A stretch of 64,000 nucleotides of DNA from NCBI RefSeq assembly GCF_026210795.1, contig NC_089429.1, positions 7,750,001-7,814,000 on the forward strand, in the 5' to 3' direction. A program made the translations under genes and the position numbers. The stretch comes from Rhizophagus irregularis (Eukaryota). Shown one piece after another: positions 1 to 13,552 of the stretch. The notes below the pieces were generated by a model. It was not told where the DNA came from, did no database searches, and worked only from the letters and a program-made list of their open reading frames with translations. The stretch's first letter is position 1. Each line of letters opens with the position of its first letter.

Positions 1-547
1 TAAAGCCAAATCATTCCTTTATTATGATTTGTTATTGTATGACTTTTATTCATTGAACTTATATAGCTTTTGTCTTATAATTATCAAATTTTATATTTAG
101 TTTAACCATATTCGTTTCACGCATCGCTCTTATAGACTTACAAATTTGTATTAATCATTTCTCAATATATTTAGGAAATTTCTCGGACTTCGGCTATTTA
201 TTGTACGCATGAAAATATATGCACAGGTATTGTAAATTTATTTATCTTCAATGCAGCTGTCGTGTTGAATCGTTATTTGGCGCGATTCAATATAATTTAT
301 TTCCGTGAATATGTTTTCCAAAAGTATAAAAACGATAGATTTATTTTCATTTCGCAATAAGTTCTAAAAGAAAAAAAAAACGAAAAAATTTCTCCTAATT
401 TCCTAAATTATTAAAAAAAATGATCTTTCAATTTTAATAATTTTAATTATGAAACCGAAACCAATTCGATTTATTCCATAGTACGTTGAAAAAAATAGGA
501 AAAAAAGAGTTAATGTGTTCATTTACTTTCGTAACGTAATGTTAAGG

Positions 548-631
548 CAGTGTTGGCACTTGGCCGTTTGGCCAGTTTGGCCGGCCAAACTGGCCAAAAA
601 AATCTTTGGCCGCGGCCAAATGCCAACACTG
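548..631. mobile_element. 84-bp hAT-like MITE
   Basis: TIRs CAGTGTTGGCA...TGCCAACACTG with internal TTGGCC repeats; GTTAAGG on both flanks (7-bp match). Confidence 0.75.
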
Positions 632-1339
632 GTTAAGGAGATACAGACCTACTATAATTAATATGTCTCATTTCAGCAGAATGATGTTAGAAAAGTGGAA
701 TGCTTTACCAGAGACCGAAAAAAACAAATGGTGCGAAAAACTCCATGCAATTCAATCGATTTCGTACTTTAAATAATTTATTGCTAATGTATTATTTATT
801 ATTAAAATATTTTGAATATTTTACTTTTGCATTTTTTTTTTACTTATAAAAAATGTTATTTTTATTAGAAAACAATTTTTTTTTCTCTTCGTGTGTAAAC
901 TTCTATACAATATATCTAATATGATGGACATAGTTTATTAATCAGTGCGCATATAACACCCTAATTTTTTTTATTATGATCGATATAATAAAAATTGTGG
1001 CACAGCTTACTTGTTAAATATATAGTATATATTAAATTAATTTTAATTGGTTAAAATTGACGATTTTTAAATTCTTAATTCTGGCCGAATCCATAATTCT
1101 AGCTTAAATTTAGAAAAATACATGTCAAATGTAACATTATATTTATATAATATAACACTTTAATTTAAAAAAGATTCATTAATCAAACTGAGTTTTCAAG
1201 TTGGATCTTCATTTGATATAATTAATGTTTTTTTATATTACAAATAAAAGAAAATATGGTTTCAAAATCTATACCATTACGTAAAAACATCAATATCTTC
1301 ACGAATATTAAACAAAAATTAACAAAATTTAATATACAA

Positions 1340-1765
1340 TTAGTTTCGATCCCACTGAACAATTCTCACTTAATACACAAAGGCGATTGTCTTATAACCA
1401 AAGTACCTAAATTAAGCTCTGAATTTATTAAATGAATAGATAAAAAATGAACGTTAATATTTCCATAAGTACTGATTAAAAACTTATAAAAATTGAAATA
1501 CATATGGAATCAACCTCAGTAAACAATTATCACTTAATACACGAAGGTGATTATCTTATGACCAAAGTTTCTAAATTACGTTCTGAAGTAACTGATAGTG
1601 TGCAAAAAATTGAAATTAATTGTGTTATGAATAACATCAGTAGCTTCATAAATATTGGCTAACTTTTCGTATAAATTGAAATTCAAATAGTTTTGACCTC
1701 GCCGAACAATTTTCAAAGGATTTTCTTGTGAACAAAGTACCTAAATACGCTCTGAAATTACTAAA
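1340..1765. repeat. Degenerate tandem repeat, about 3 units of 160-190 bp
   Basis: The core AACAATT...AAAGTACCTAAATTA.GCTCTGAA recurs near 1360, 1520 and 1705. A related repeat lies in the opposite orientation at ~56800-57300. Confidence 0.55.
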
Positions 1766-2705
1766 CGAAAAAAATAACAAATTTAAAGTTAGCATTGTTA
1801 TAAAAATACAAATAACTTAGCAAACTATTAAATGAAATTTAATGGAAATTGAGTTGCTTACCTTTAAAAGGATCTCAAAAAAAGTGATTTTTAAAATAAA
1901 CTTCATGGTTATGTAAAAAAAAAAATTATTAGTAAAACGAAAAACTAATTTAAGAAATTGATAGAATCTATTAAATTACTTTATTTAGTATGGTGTTGTA
2001 TATTATAATTTAATTGTTTTAAATGATGTAATTCAATTATGGTTACACAAAATTTTATTATTATAAAATTAATCTACATGTTACATGCGCGGTGAAGTTT
2101 TGTGGGCGGGATTTTTTGTGTCACGGGGGCAACAAATAGAGATCAGGCAACTCAAAAACACTAAGTCGCTGAGATAAATATAAACAGCGCGTTTCCGCAC
2201 GGTCACGTGTTAAGTGACACTTAAATGTCACTTGTTCCTTATATGGTGAAAACTGGAGTGCATAAAGAATATATTTTGTGTTTCCAATTTAATGAATTCT
2301 CAGTTCAGACTAAAAATAAATTTACGCCTTTCGCCAAATTAATACATGATCACGTTTTTCGTGATACAAATAATAACTTTTTAACTATTTCGTTTTGCAA
2401 TTGCTTATCTTCCAATTTCACAATTCTGGCCTTAAAGCTCAACATTCTCGGCCCTAATTTTATTGTTCTCGTGGCTCAGGAAAAATTATTGCGCCCACGA
2501 AGCTGGCCGGAATGTAATATATTCCCAGCATCACCAGCTAGAAAAAATTTTTTATTTTTATAATACATGATTTAAGTTAAATTGATAAAAATAAACTATA
2601 ATAATCTGATATATAAATATGATATTAAATTAAATTTCAAAAAAAGTTAAACTAAGACTCGTAACCTCTGTCTTTCTTACTAACAATTCCATTTATTACC
2701 ATTTA

Positions 2706-3191
2706 TCACTCGGAGAAAGTTTTGTCTTTCAAAAATTTGAGGGCCGGAGAGCCAATAGGAACGGATACCGCACAGGCATGAATTTTTGTTCCATACGCAT
2801 CCGTAACTCCAACAATAATATCAGCGGGCATACCAACTTTTGGAATTGGAACGACCACATCTATATCTAAAGAAATTACCGGGCAGGATGCAATAATACA
2901 TAGATTTTGTACATATTTAGCATTGGGGTCATTTACATAGTCAAGAGTTTTGGGATTAACAAATAAAACTCCAAGTAAAGATCCAGTAACAGCATAATCT
3001 TCAAAATTTCCCTTAAGCTTAAAGGTTGAGGTTTTTCCAGGAATAGGAGGATCAGGGTTAATTGTTATATCTAATGTGGGTATTGTAGAATTGCATGGCA
3101 TGAAAAGAGTGGCTCTTTTGTTGAGCGGAATACCATTGACAACTGAAAGTGTGGTCAATAAAATGCATACAAAAAAATAATAACGCATCAT
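2706..3191 (-). CDS. Secreted MD-2-related lipid-recognition (ML/NPC2-like) domain protein
   Basis: Hydrophobic signal peptide, Kex2-like KR site, F.PC, 'ITINPDPPIPGK', paired Cys 'LCIIASCP' and C-terminal 'ACA'. Intact 161-aa ORF with an upstream TATAAAA (minus strand). Confidence 0.8.
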   Translation of the reverse strand: MMRYYFFVCILLTTLSVVNGIPLNKRATLFMPCNSTIPTLDITINPDPPIPGKTSTFKLKGNFEDYAVTGSLLGVLFVNPKTLDYVNDPNAKYVQNLCIIASCPVISLDIDVVVPIPKVGMPADIIVGVTDAYGTKIHACAVSVPIGSPALKFLKDKTFSE

Positions 3192-5519
3192 GATTACTTC
3201 TTAATATTAAACTTTGGAAGTTATTTGATGACTGATAGTTAAGAAAGTTAAAAGCTCACTCATTTTATAAGAGGATTTGATTTCACAAATATAAAATGTG
3301 TAACCCATTTAACATTATTCCTTTTTATTCGAATGAGATAATTTAATCAGGTGAGTTTGATTGTTAGATTTAATAAGGCGAGTTTATTGTTATGACCTGA
3401 TTTAATCAGGTGAGAATTGGCGTTTTTTCGCCGATTTCAGCGTTTTTTTTTTGTTTTTCGCTTTCCTGGTTGTATGACTGGAATGTGTGACGGATTACGC
3501 CAATGATGTGAAGCGGTTGTCAATCACTTGGTTGACTGTGCTATCAGTAAAAATCTCAACGTATCGCATGATATTCGAAGCTTCATTAAAAACTTCTCAA
3601 AAAAAAACGTCATCTGTATTTACTAAAAAAATCTGCAGACCTTAACGTACGATATTGATTAAATAAAGCCATTTATGGTTCTCTTTTGGTATAACAGTCG
3701 TTTCATTGTAAAATTGGCTGATTTTTCGAAGTGATTTGCTGTTTATGGCGTAATGATCAGATCACAGATAATTTTGGTCATGGAAAAAGGTTTTTTATTT
3801 TTGGACTGCACCAGATTTCAACATTTAGATTCGTTTCGGTGCGAAACAACGGGTTATGACTAAAAAAAATTCATTTCATAATATAATTTAAAAGATTGTA
3901 CCACCTATATGTTGCAGATAGCAGTCAGTGGAAATGTCACAAAATAAAAGAGGAAAATTTTTGTACTATGATGTTATAATAAAAATTTTTGGTATAACAT
4001 TGTCTTTAGGTGTATATTACACATGAAATTTAAATGTCAATGGGCTAAAAATCGTCGATCTTTAAATCATAATGCCGGCCAATTTTTTTGTAATTCCGCC
4101 CGAACTTTATAATGCCGGCCCAAATTTAGCTAAAATCGAAATTTTTAGGGTAACACCACATTTATGTAATGTAACACGGTTTTAAATAATTATTAGCATG
4201 TTCGTCACGGTCTTAAAAATATTTTTATATATTTTAAAAATTCAAAAATCAAGTTTATTCAGTTCAATCTGTCCCAAGAAAGTTGACTATTTTTTGTTTA
4301 TTTACCAGTATATAGTAAATAAATATAATTACTATAGTTTTACAAAAAAAAAAAAATTTTTTACAAATGTAAACAATTATGTATATGTTTGTATGAACTT
4401 TTTTAAAAGTTTAAAACAAGTTTATTTGGTTCAATTTTTCTTTCCAATATTTGTTTATTCATATAAGCATAGCGGATATCCCTATTTTATCACAATACTG
4501 ACTGATCATTTGTCGATCATTTATTCAATTATCACATAATATAAATACCGTTGCTAAAAAAATTTACATAATAATATAACTTTTCGCATTTTCATGTGAT
4601 GTGTTTGATCTGATTAAAACCGTTAAACACCCACTATTCACCCATTAAAACCCTTTATTTAGTCAACCATTAGCCAACTGTTATCAACCTGTTAACCAAT
4701 CTGGGTTGATCCAATAAGAAACTGGGTTAAACTTTCCTTAGCAGGTACCAACCCGGGTTTGTATTTCTCTTAACAGATCAACCTGTGTACCCATTAAAAA
4801 CTTGGGTCTGAACACTATTTTGCTTCTTCTCCTACCACTATTGGCTCTTCTTTGATGACAGTTTCTCAGGATTTTTGGTTTTCTTGGATATCCTCTTCTA
4901 TAATTCAGGGTGGATCTTAGATCTCACACTTGGATTTTCTGCGCCGCTTAACAGTTCAACCTCTTAGGATTTCTCTAGTAATGGACCAGATTTTAGCATT
5001 GACCTTCGGGTAAAGTTGGGATATGCATAAAGCTCTAAATGGTTTGGATTGGTCTGGATTACATTTATAATCTGAAATCAGACTGGACTGGACTGAATAT
5101 TTTAGTATAGTATTCTTCACTTGTATGAGTCGTAAAGCTACCACTGGTCAAAATTATTACTATCGGGTATCTATTGGGTACCTGATATGTGTACAATATA
5201 TGTGATATATGTGTATGATATTTAACAATGCTACACATATCAGATACCCGATATGTGTAGTAGAAATGTAGAAAAATGGTGACACATCATGTAAATATCA
5301 CATATACATCTTACACATATCAGGTAGTTAAATATCGGTCACATATCATAGACTTATTGGGTATCTGACATATTATAATATATATCATATCGACTCTTTC
5401 CCGTTGCTCACTTGGCCAAAAATTCCCATAAAGAAAATGGATGAAAAGTATGAGGACTTTTTGCTTTTGGTTAACAAAAAGTCTTTTCGAGGTGTTCTAA
5501 GTTCTTTCGTGACGTATGA

Positions 5520-6365
5520 CTGTAAAGTTGCCTGCCGAAATTAGGGAGTTTCGGCATGTCGAAATTGTCGAAACTATTTCGACATTTCGACATTGGCTCT
5601 CTGATTTGTCGAAATGCCGAAATAGTTTCGACATGTCGAAATTGTCGAAACCTAAAAACATTACGTTTCACGTAATAACTCAGCATCCAATGATCATAGA
5701 AAGATGCACCATAGCTCGTTGGAATCGTCTCATAACGACGAGTCGAATGGTGGTTAGATCGTCTTTCTAAGATCACTGGATGCCGAGATAATAGGCGAAA
5801 CGACAAACGGCGCAGTATCGCAAAATACAAAATGCTGATTTTTGACGTTTCGTTAAATATCTCGGCATCTAGTGATCGTAGAAAGACGTTTTAACCACCA
5901 TTCGACTCGTCGTTATGAGACGATTCCAACGAGCTATGGTGCATCTTTCTACGATCATTGGATGCCGAGATAATAGGCGAAACGTCAAACGGCGCAGTAT
6001 CGCAAAATACAAAATGCCGATTTTTGACGTTTCGTTAAATATCTCGGCATCCAGTGATCGTAGAAAGACGATCTAACCACCATTCGACTCGTCGTTATGA
6101 GACGATTCCAACGAGCTATGGTGCATCTTTCTACGATCATTGGATGCCGAGATAATAGGCGAAACGTCAAACGGCGCAGTATCGCAAAATACAAAATGCC
6201 GATTTTTGACGTTTCGTTAAATATCTCGGCATCCAGTGATCGTAGAAAGACGATCTAACCACCATTCGACTCGTCGTTATGAGACGATTCCAACGAGCTA
6301 TGGTGCATCTTTCTATGATCATTGGATGACGAGTTATTACGTGAAACGTAATATTTTTAGGTTTT
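5520..6365. mobile_element. Non-autonomous fold-back element containing 182-bp tandem units
   Basis: 8-bp TSD ACGTATGA at 5512-5519 and 6366-6373. 5648-5781 is inverted at ~6230-6364, with near-identical 182-bp tandem units between. Confidence 0.6.
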
Positions 6366-7180
6366 ACGTATGAGCTTTGCCCAGCGTCCACAAAAAGACT
6401 GTATGAAATTTAGAAATATTATTCTTAAGGTTCTGGTCACTACCAAATGACGTTGTAAGATGGCAGTTCCATACAAATATTTCCCTGGCTTTCTGAAAGG
6501 TTGAAAAGTAGTGCGTTTAGTTCTTATGCCTTTAAAGTTAACTGGCTAAGCAGTTCGCAAACTGGACCTTCATCTTTGAAAGATGTTCTTACTTCTTACC
6601 AATGAAGTTACTACCTGTTGATGAAGTGTGTGTGCTGAGTTTTGGTTCTTTTTGAGCTCCCTACCTTTATTTGTCTCTGTCATTATTTTTAGTCCTCCCC
6701 CTACCTAGTATATATTTTGGTTTATTCTTTCTGTTGTTACCTTTATTTTATTTTCGTTATTTTCTTTTTTCCTGCACCACATTCTTGCGCATTTTGGAAA
6801 TTTGAAAAATAAACCAAAATCAATTTACCCTCCAAATGATCAATATAGTCATGTGATTGATCTTCCTTTTCATATATACGTTGATCATTTTTAATTATAT
6901 TTGATCACGTGAAAATTAGAAAAACTCTTTCGGACGATCGTTGAAACCAAAATTTTTACGAAGAATAACTTCAATACAAACACTATTTCTTCATAACTAA
7001 ACGTTATTTTTTATTAAATTTTTGGCACCTACGCTCTCCCCGAAACATTTCTGTATGAGTTTTAATATTGGGAAAAAATTTTCAAAAAAATTTCTCAAAA
7101 ATATAGAAAAAAATTATCGTCCTATTACTAACGAAGAAGATATATATCTCACATATTCTTCCCCAAAAAGACGACCCACC

Positions 7181-9312
7181 ATGTCTAGCAATCATGCTGC
7201 AAGTTCTGACAGTAATATAGATAACAACGTACTAACTGCTCCTATGGAAGATATTGTTTCAACATCTTCTGTACAAAATCCCCCAGAAAACGAAACCGAA
7301 ATCGCATCACGTGACTCATCAAAGGACACAGAAAATGATGTTCACACGCAAACACCAATCACTGATAACTTTACTATTATGGATGAAGATCCCAAAGATA
7401 CCAATACAAATAAAGGAAAATCTCCTGAAGTACAAACAGCCACACAAACAAATCCCCCAAAAAGTATAGAAATCACCGTGCTCAAGGATATTTTCAAGAG
7501 TACAACACAAGTTTGTAACAAAGCACACAAAGGATTTATCCCTAGAGACAGTTTTAAGCCCAATCTCATAAACAACGAAATAATCAATCTATTAAAAACG
7601 TCATTCCTTAATGACAGCAATGCTTACAAATTTGAAGTTAACACAACATCCACTTATAGATATTTCACCATTTTCTTCAAAACACGTGACTCACTCAATC
7701 AATACATTGAGAATAGTCCAGAAAACCTTAAACCCATTAAAATTTACGAACTTACCAACACTGCAATTAATGTATTAATTGAAAGGAAACTTTCAACCAT
7801 GGACCAAGCTGTCATTAAAATTATGGACATACCATACAATTATGATACATCCATGCTTATCAAACACCTCGCACTCAAAACTAACAGCAATGTTATTGAT
7901 CATAAAGAGATCAAAAAACCCCCAAGAAAAATACCTAACCGAAATAATCACGGACACCCTTTCTTAATCAAACCAGCATACAAACAACTTATTGTACAGT
8001 TTGACAAAAAATCAGCATATGACTACTTTATGGAAGAAAATTACTGGTGCCTAGAAATAGAAAATTTCGTAGTAAGAATTCTTCCAGGTAACCAAAATGA
8101 CGCAGAATTCAAAAAACGCACCAGTAAATATTATAAAATCACTGGACTACCGCTAAATACAACCCATATGGATTTAAACCCTCTTATTAAACACATTTAT
8201 GGACGTACCTGTACCTTCACACAAACCACTAAATCGTCGACCATGAAAAACGCATACATTTACGTCTCTCCAGACAACTATCCAGAGGATGCGACAGGTG
8301 GTGCATCCCTAGATTTTGAAGGACATAAAATCTATACCCTGCCAGGACATTTAGCTGGCAAAACATGCAACATCTGTAGATCACCGCTACACGCTACTAA
8401 CGTATGCGATGATAAAAATTTCAGAACAGATAACAATAATCGAAAATTCTTTAATAAAAGATTTATCGACCGAAAAGAAGAAAAAATTACAATTAACGAA
8501 ACACACAAAAATAGATACAACCACGTTATCACTCTCAACTCTAACAAAAAAAATCAACAAACAAAACCTCCACTTAACGACTACACACGACCACAACCTA
8601 CGGATCGTAACACAAATTCACGACCTGGTAGTTTACTATACCCCGTCACAATAGACTCCAACGCAATTCTAATCACCCTGATAACGACGACAATCATAAT
8701 AACAATAACAAACATACTATCCATCACCAAAACATTCATTACAATCCCCACGATGACTCCTCAAACAATAGAATCGCTCAACTTGAGAAACAAGTCCAAA
8801 CCCTCTTACAAAACATCAAATCACTAGAAGATGCCAACTTAAATGTGGATCATAAATTATCACATCTACAATAAAATTATAACGTACTCGACTCTTCACT
8901 AATAGAAGTTAAAGCAAGACTCGAAAAATACGACACAATCATTAAACAACTCTCCACTAATATCACCTTACTGAGCCAAAAAGAAATAGCGACAGCTTCT
9001 TCATCACTTCCATCGCGTCCCCATAAACAATCAAAGCGAAACACGCCATACGAGAAAACCTCTTATGAGGCTACAAAATCAAAATACAACCTGAGAGGCA
9101 GCAAACAATCAAGAATATCAGCGGATGAGAGTGAAACCTGCCCCACCACGGAAGAAGACACAGATGTTCCAGAAGAATCCGTTATGTCAGATGGAGCTGT
9201 CTTTAAAGACATCATCACACAACACGTAATTACACCACCCAATGATAATAACTTCACAGTCAGATCTTATAACCCATTGAATCTCATTTCAAGTTTTAAC
9301 GGTACCCGTTAA
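7181..9312 (+). pseudogene. LINE ORF1 (Gag-like nucleic-acid-binding protein), frameshifted near 8635
   Basis: RRM-like segments (IKIMDIPY, KITGLP), a CxxC...H...C knuckle (CNICRSPLHATNVC) and a coiled coil after the frameshift; lies upstream of ORF2. Confidence 0.75.
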
Positions 9313-9923
9313 TAACTTACAACCCTCGGTATTCTAATATTTTCGGATTCATCCACGGCTTATCCTTTTTGATTATAACGTCTTAAATATTTTACACATT
9401 TTCAATTAAAAATTTTTTTTACTTAATGGAATACACCAATTTATATACTTCAGTTGGCGTCGAAAACCAACTTCCTTCTTCTTTAAATAATTCTAAAAAT
9501 ACCCAAAAAATTCAGATAAACCAAAAAATCAAAAAAAATAATAATAACGGCCCATGCACTGGTCAAAGTAAGAAATTTCGGTCATGTGACATTTCGGCCA
9601 AGTTTAGGACGGTTCGGTAAGAGAATTCGGCCTAATTTCGGCCAGAATTAGAAATCGACCAAAATTCTGCTGAAATTCGACTTATATGATTGATGGTCGA
9701 TCATTTACCTTATACCGAATTTTTTATTTTAAAAGATTCGATAAAACGAAATTATGCCGAAATTTTTTATGCTAAAATTTCGATAAAAAACGATATTCTA
9801 CCGAATTTTTATGTTAAAGTTTTCGATATAATGCCGAGTTATTTATGTTTATTTAAAAACGGTAAAACTTAATAAATAAAAAATAAATAAAAATTTATTT
9901 GATGCAGGGTTTAACATGATTTA

Positions 9924-12900
9924 TTAGCGAATGTTAAACTTTCGATTAACTGGATTTACAGCCAAATACTCCTTAGCATTTCTACGAGCTGACAACTTGT
10001 ACTTCACAGGTACAAATCGGCCAAGGACGTTGTGAACCGGAATAATACAATCCCAACTTTCGGGATAAAAATTGGTATTTCACAACTCAACATTGCATGA
10101 TCTTTCCTCATCATCAATGCTGAAATAAAATCTAGTGTCAGCCGAATTTGTGTGTTGGTACCACCGAATGTAAGCTAAATGGTGTTTTGTTGGTCCATCT
10201 GGCAAATCGACCGTATGAGTGAAAAAATATTGGATCTGTCCCGGATAAGTATCAACAACGCCATCATTTGTAATAAACTTCGCCAAAACAAATGAACTAT
10301 TCGTATGTCGTGCTGATACTCCAGATCCAAAAACTTCTGACCCAATTTGACATCTTCCGAATTTGTCAATTGATACCCGAATTACTATTGAGTCCGCCTC
10401 ACCTTCTCCAAACGGCTTCCGAAAATTTAGCGTCTCATATGTTGCGCTATAATATTCTGCCATCAAATCTAGCATTGAACTCGAAAGGCGGACGTTTTCG
10501 AAAACTGGTTTCAGCATACTTCCAGGAAACAGCTCACTACCAGTAATTCTTGATTCCTGAATGTTTCTAGAATTGAGCCAAAAACGATGCATCTCATCCG
10601 ATGAGAATTGGTCGATTTCTGACAAGGAACTAACAGCAGGCTGATCATTAAGTAGTTCAAGACCCTTTGTCGGTATTCCGGAACTTTTTATATCACTAAT
10701 TCGATTGTCAGTTGTCAATCGACGCATGATTTCTGGTTCAATTTGCTGGTTACTGTTTGGCAAAGAACCTGATATAAAATTCAAATTATTAAAAAAGTAA
10801 CTTTGTAATTAATCCAAAAAACAAATTTTCGACTTACCTAAAGTGCCATTCATGCGTTCGAAAGAAAAACACCAGAACGCATAGAGAGGGCCATAGTCAT
10901 AAGAACATTCGCACAAGTGAAGCGAAAGGTGGAGATTCGGAGACACTTTATTTCGGCCGTAATGTTCTTCGATTAATTTAATGATTTCAATTAATTTTTG
11001 GTGAGCCTCTCTCATTAGTTCGACTTCTACAATTCGGCTCACTAAAATGGCACAGACTCTTACAAAATATGTAAGGATTTTCCGATCTTTGGCTGAAAGA
11101 TGCTCCCAAAGTGCAACCGTAGCGTAAATGGTGAAAAAAATCCGCCATTGATCGGCTGTAAAATTGGAGAATCCTTCTCCGCAGTTGATCTTACCCGGGA
11201 TTCTGCCCAGGTCGGATGGAACACGAAACTCATTCATCTTCGCTTGAATTTTATTAAGATCTGCCGGTGTCAATAATCCCTCATCGACCCATATTCGTTT
11301 AACGATCCATTTTGCGATGCCTAAAAATAAGCAATGTATCAGATCGACAATGATGAAACGAATAGGGTCGAAGTACGGCAGACGCAGCAACTCGGACTAT
11401 CTTACGCCAGTTTGTTTCACAAATCGTTTCCTGGCAGCGTCCGACTTACAAGTTCTCCATCCAATTGCGTCTTGACGATGCTTGGCCGAATCCCGAATGA
11501 CAAACCACTCATTCATGTCATCCATGCCAGCGAAGTTGTGCTGGTGATTCTCGTAATTGGCCTTTTTTTCGCATCTATGGCATGAAACTAATGCCGATAC
11601 ATGGCCGCATACTTTTCTGGCGGCAGGGATGTCACACGAAGTTAGTATCAATGCCGCTCGAATTTCTCTTCCATTTTGAAATTCGAATGTGCGATTTAGG
11701 GACGCTCCAACCCAGAGTGTCTCTAATTCGTCGACAATTGGCGCAAGATAGTGATTTATCTTGTGTAAACTAACTTCGTGCGGTCCCGGTAAAAGGCCAA
11801 TTATCAACAAATTTTTGCGTTTAAATCGGACATCGCGCGGCAGATTACATATGGCAATATATATAACGCTGGTACTATACATTGTACCTTCAAACGGCTG
11901 GAACTAATCTAAATTGAGCATTAGCCCAAGATTCGAATCAGCCATGTCAGGACGAAAAAAATTAGCTGAATTTTCGTCCTTCAGTGTTTTCCAGACTTGT
12001 CCATCGTATATGTCAGCTAAAATTTGGCCGTAAGATGTCCGATTTACTTAATGGCGCAGTAAATTTTCGAAACCAGGATGACAATACATGGATTCCAACT
12101 GTTGCCGAATACCAGCAAATGGATAAATAAGGATCGGTTGATTTGAAATCTGACCGTTTAATAACCTTGTTGGTCGAGATAAAGCCGTCTGACATAATCG
12201 TGTTCTACGAGTTTTTGAATTTGGATATTCTATATGCTGACAATTTGTAACGGATGAGTCTCGCACTTCCTGCTTTTTGTATAATTTGTGGCATTTCAGA
12301 CATGCCGCAAAGTTATGAAATCGATCCTTAAGATCCAGGACCTTTTTTATGAGATACAAAGTGTCGGGAAACTCATCAAAATCGGCTCCTCCGACCTCTT
12401 TTAGCACCAGCTTCATGAACTTTAATAACAATTCTGTAGCTGTTTCCGGAAGGTTAAACCTTGTCCGAAAACTCATAATCCAGATTAAAATCCATAAAAA
12501 TCGGTCGTCGGTTGTCGTTCTTGTAGCAGTTGGATCCTGAAACGGCTCAAATCCAGGACATGAATAGTCTTCGAATGATTCGAAATCCTCTCCGCTAGTT
12601 GATTCATCTGAAGAGAATCTGGTATTTCGATCATCTTCAGTAGTGAATTCTGTCTCTTCGTTTACCGAATCATCATGATCTTAAAGTTGAGCCGAAATCT
12701 GATGATTATTATACACACGCCTTTTAGATCTTCTAGGTAAGAAGATAAATTCGGATCCATCTGCTGTTTCATGTTCTTGTGTATTTTGCTGAATTCGATC
12801 GATTTGATGGTCTACTGTTTCATGGCTGATTACTGATTCAAGTTCAAGTTCGTTTTCTTGAATCATATTCATATCAAAATTTGTGGTCGATTTATTAAAC

Positions 12901-13088
12901 GAACTATCGGCCGAATTTTGATCTTTCAGATCATGCAGCACCTTTGTACGCGGATCCACGAAGTTACCATTACATTTACTGCAGTAACAGCGTAATCTTG
13001 TTCTTCTTTTACGAGTGGATCTGCCAGAAGAATGATTTACTTGTGTTTCGTCATTAATTATGCTGGCAATCGCTCTTTTTCTAGTCAT
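9924..13088 (-). pseudogene. CACTA transposase (Tnp2/Transposase_21-like) with premature stops
   Basis: Motifs DIYDG..WK, CNLPR..RFK, CDIPAARK, DLIHCLFLG, HLSLHL, FWCFSFERMNG; GT-AG intron at ~10770-10837; several in-frame stops. Confidence 0.85.
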
Positions 13089-13552
13089 TGTTAAAATTAT
13101 TCTTTATTATTTATAATCAAAGAATACACGCAGTAAGTTTAAAATGATTCTTTAAACAAAGGCACAATAAAACCATGTGACTATTTAACTAATTTTCGCA
13201 AAAGTGAAATTTAGTGACTAGCGAAATTGATATCGATATTTTTTATCAATAAATCACTTAATGAATTAACTTTCGGCTAGTGATAAATTTTATAGTTTAA
13301 TTAAACTTTATAATTTTCGAGTTTAATTAAACTTTTTGCCGAGTGATATTTTCGAGTTTAATTGAACTTTTCGAGTTGATAAATTAGAAATTCATTTCTT
13401 ACAAAAATTTTATCGATTTTTTTTTTTTAAATATTTGAAAAATTTTTATCGATTTTTTTTTAATATTTGAAAAATTTTATCGATTTTTTTTAATTATATA
13501 TTAATGAGTTTTTACACGACCACACAAAGATAATAATTTCTAAATATAAAAT

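Noticed and set aside
5471..6391. Repeated short ORFs (…RCTIARWNRL…)
   Set aside because: These are by-products of the 182-bp tandem and inverted repeat.
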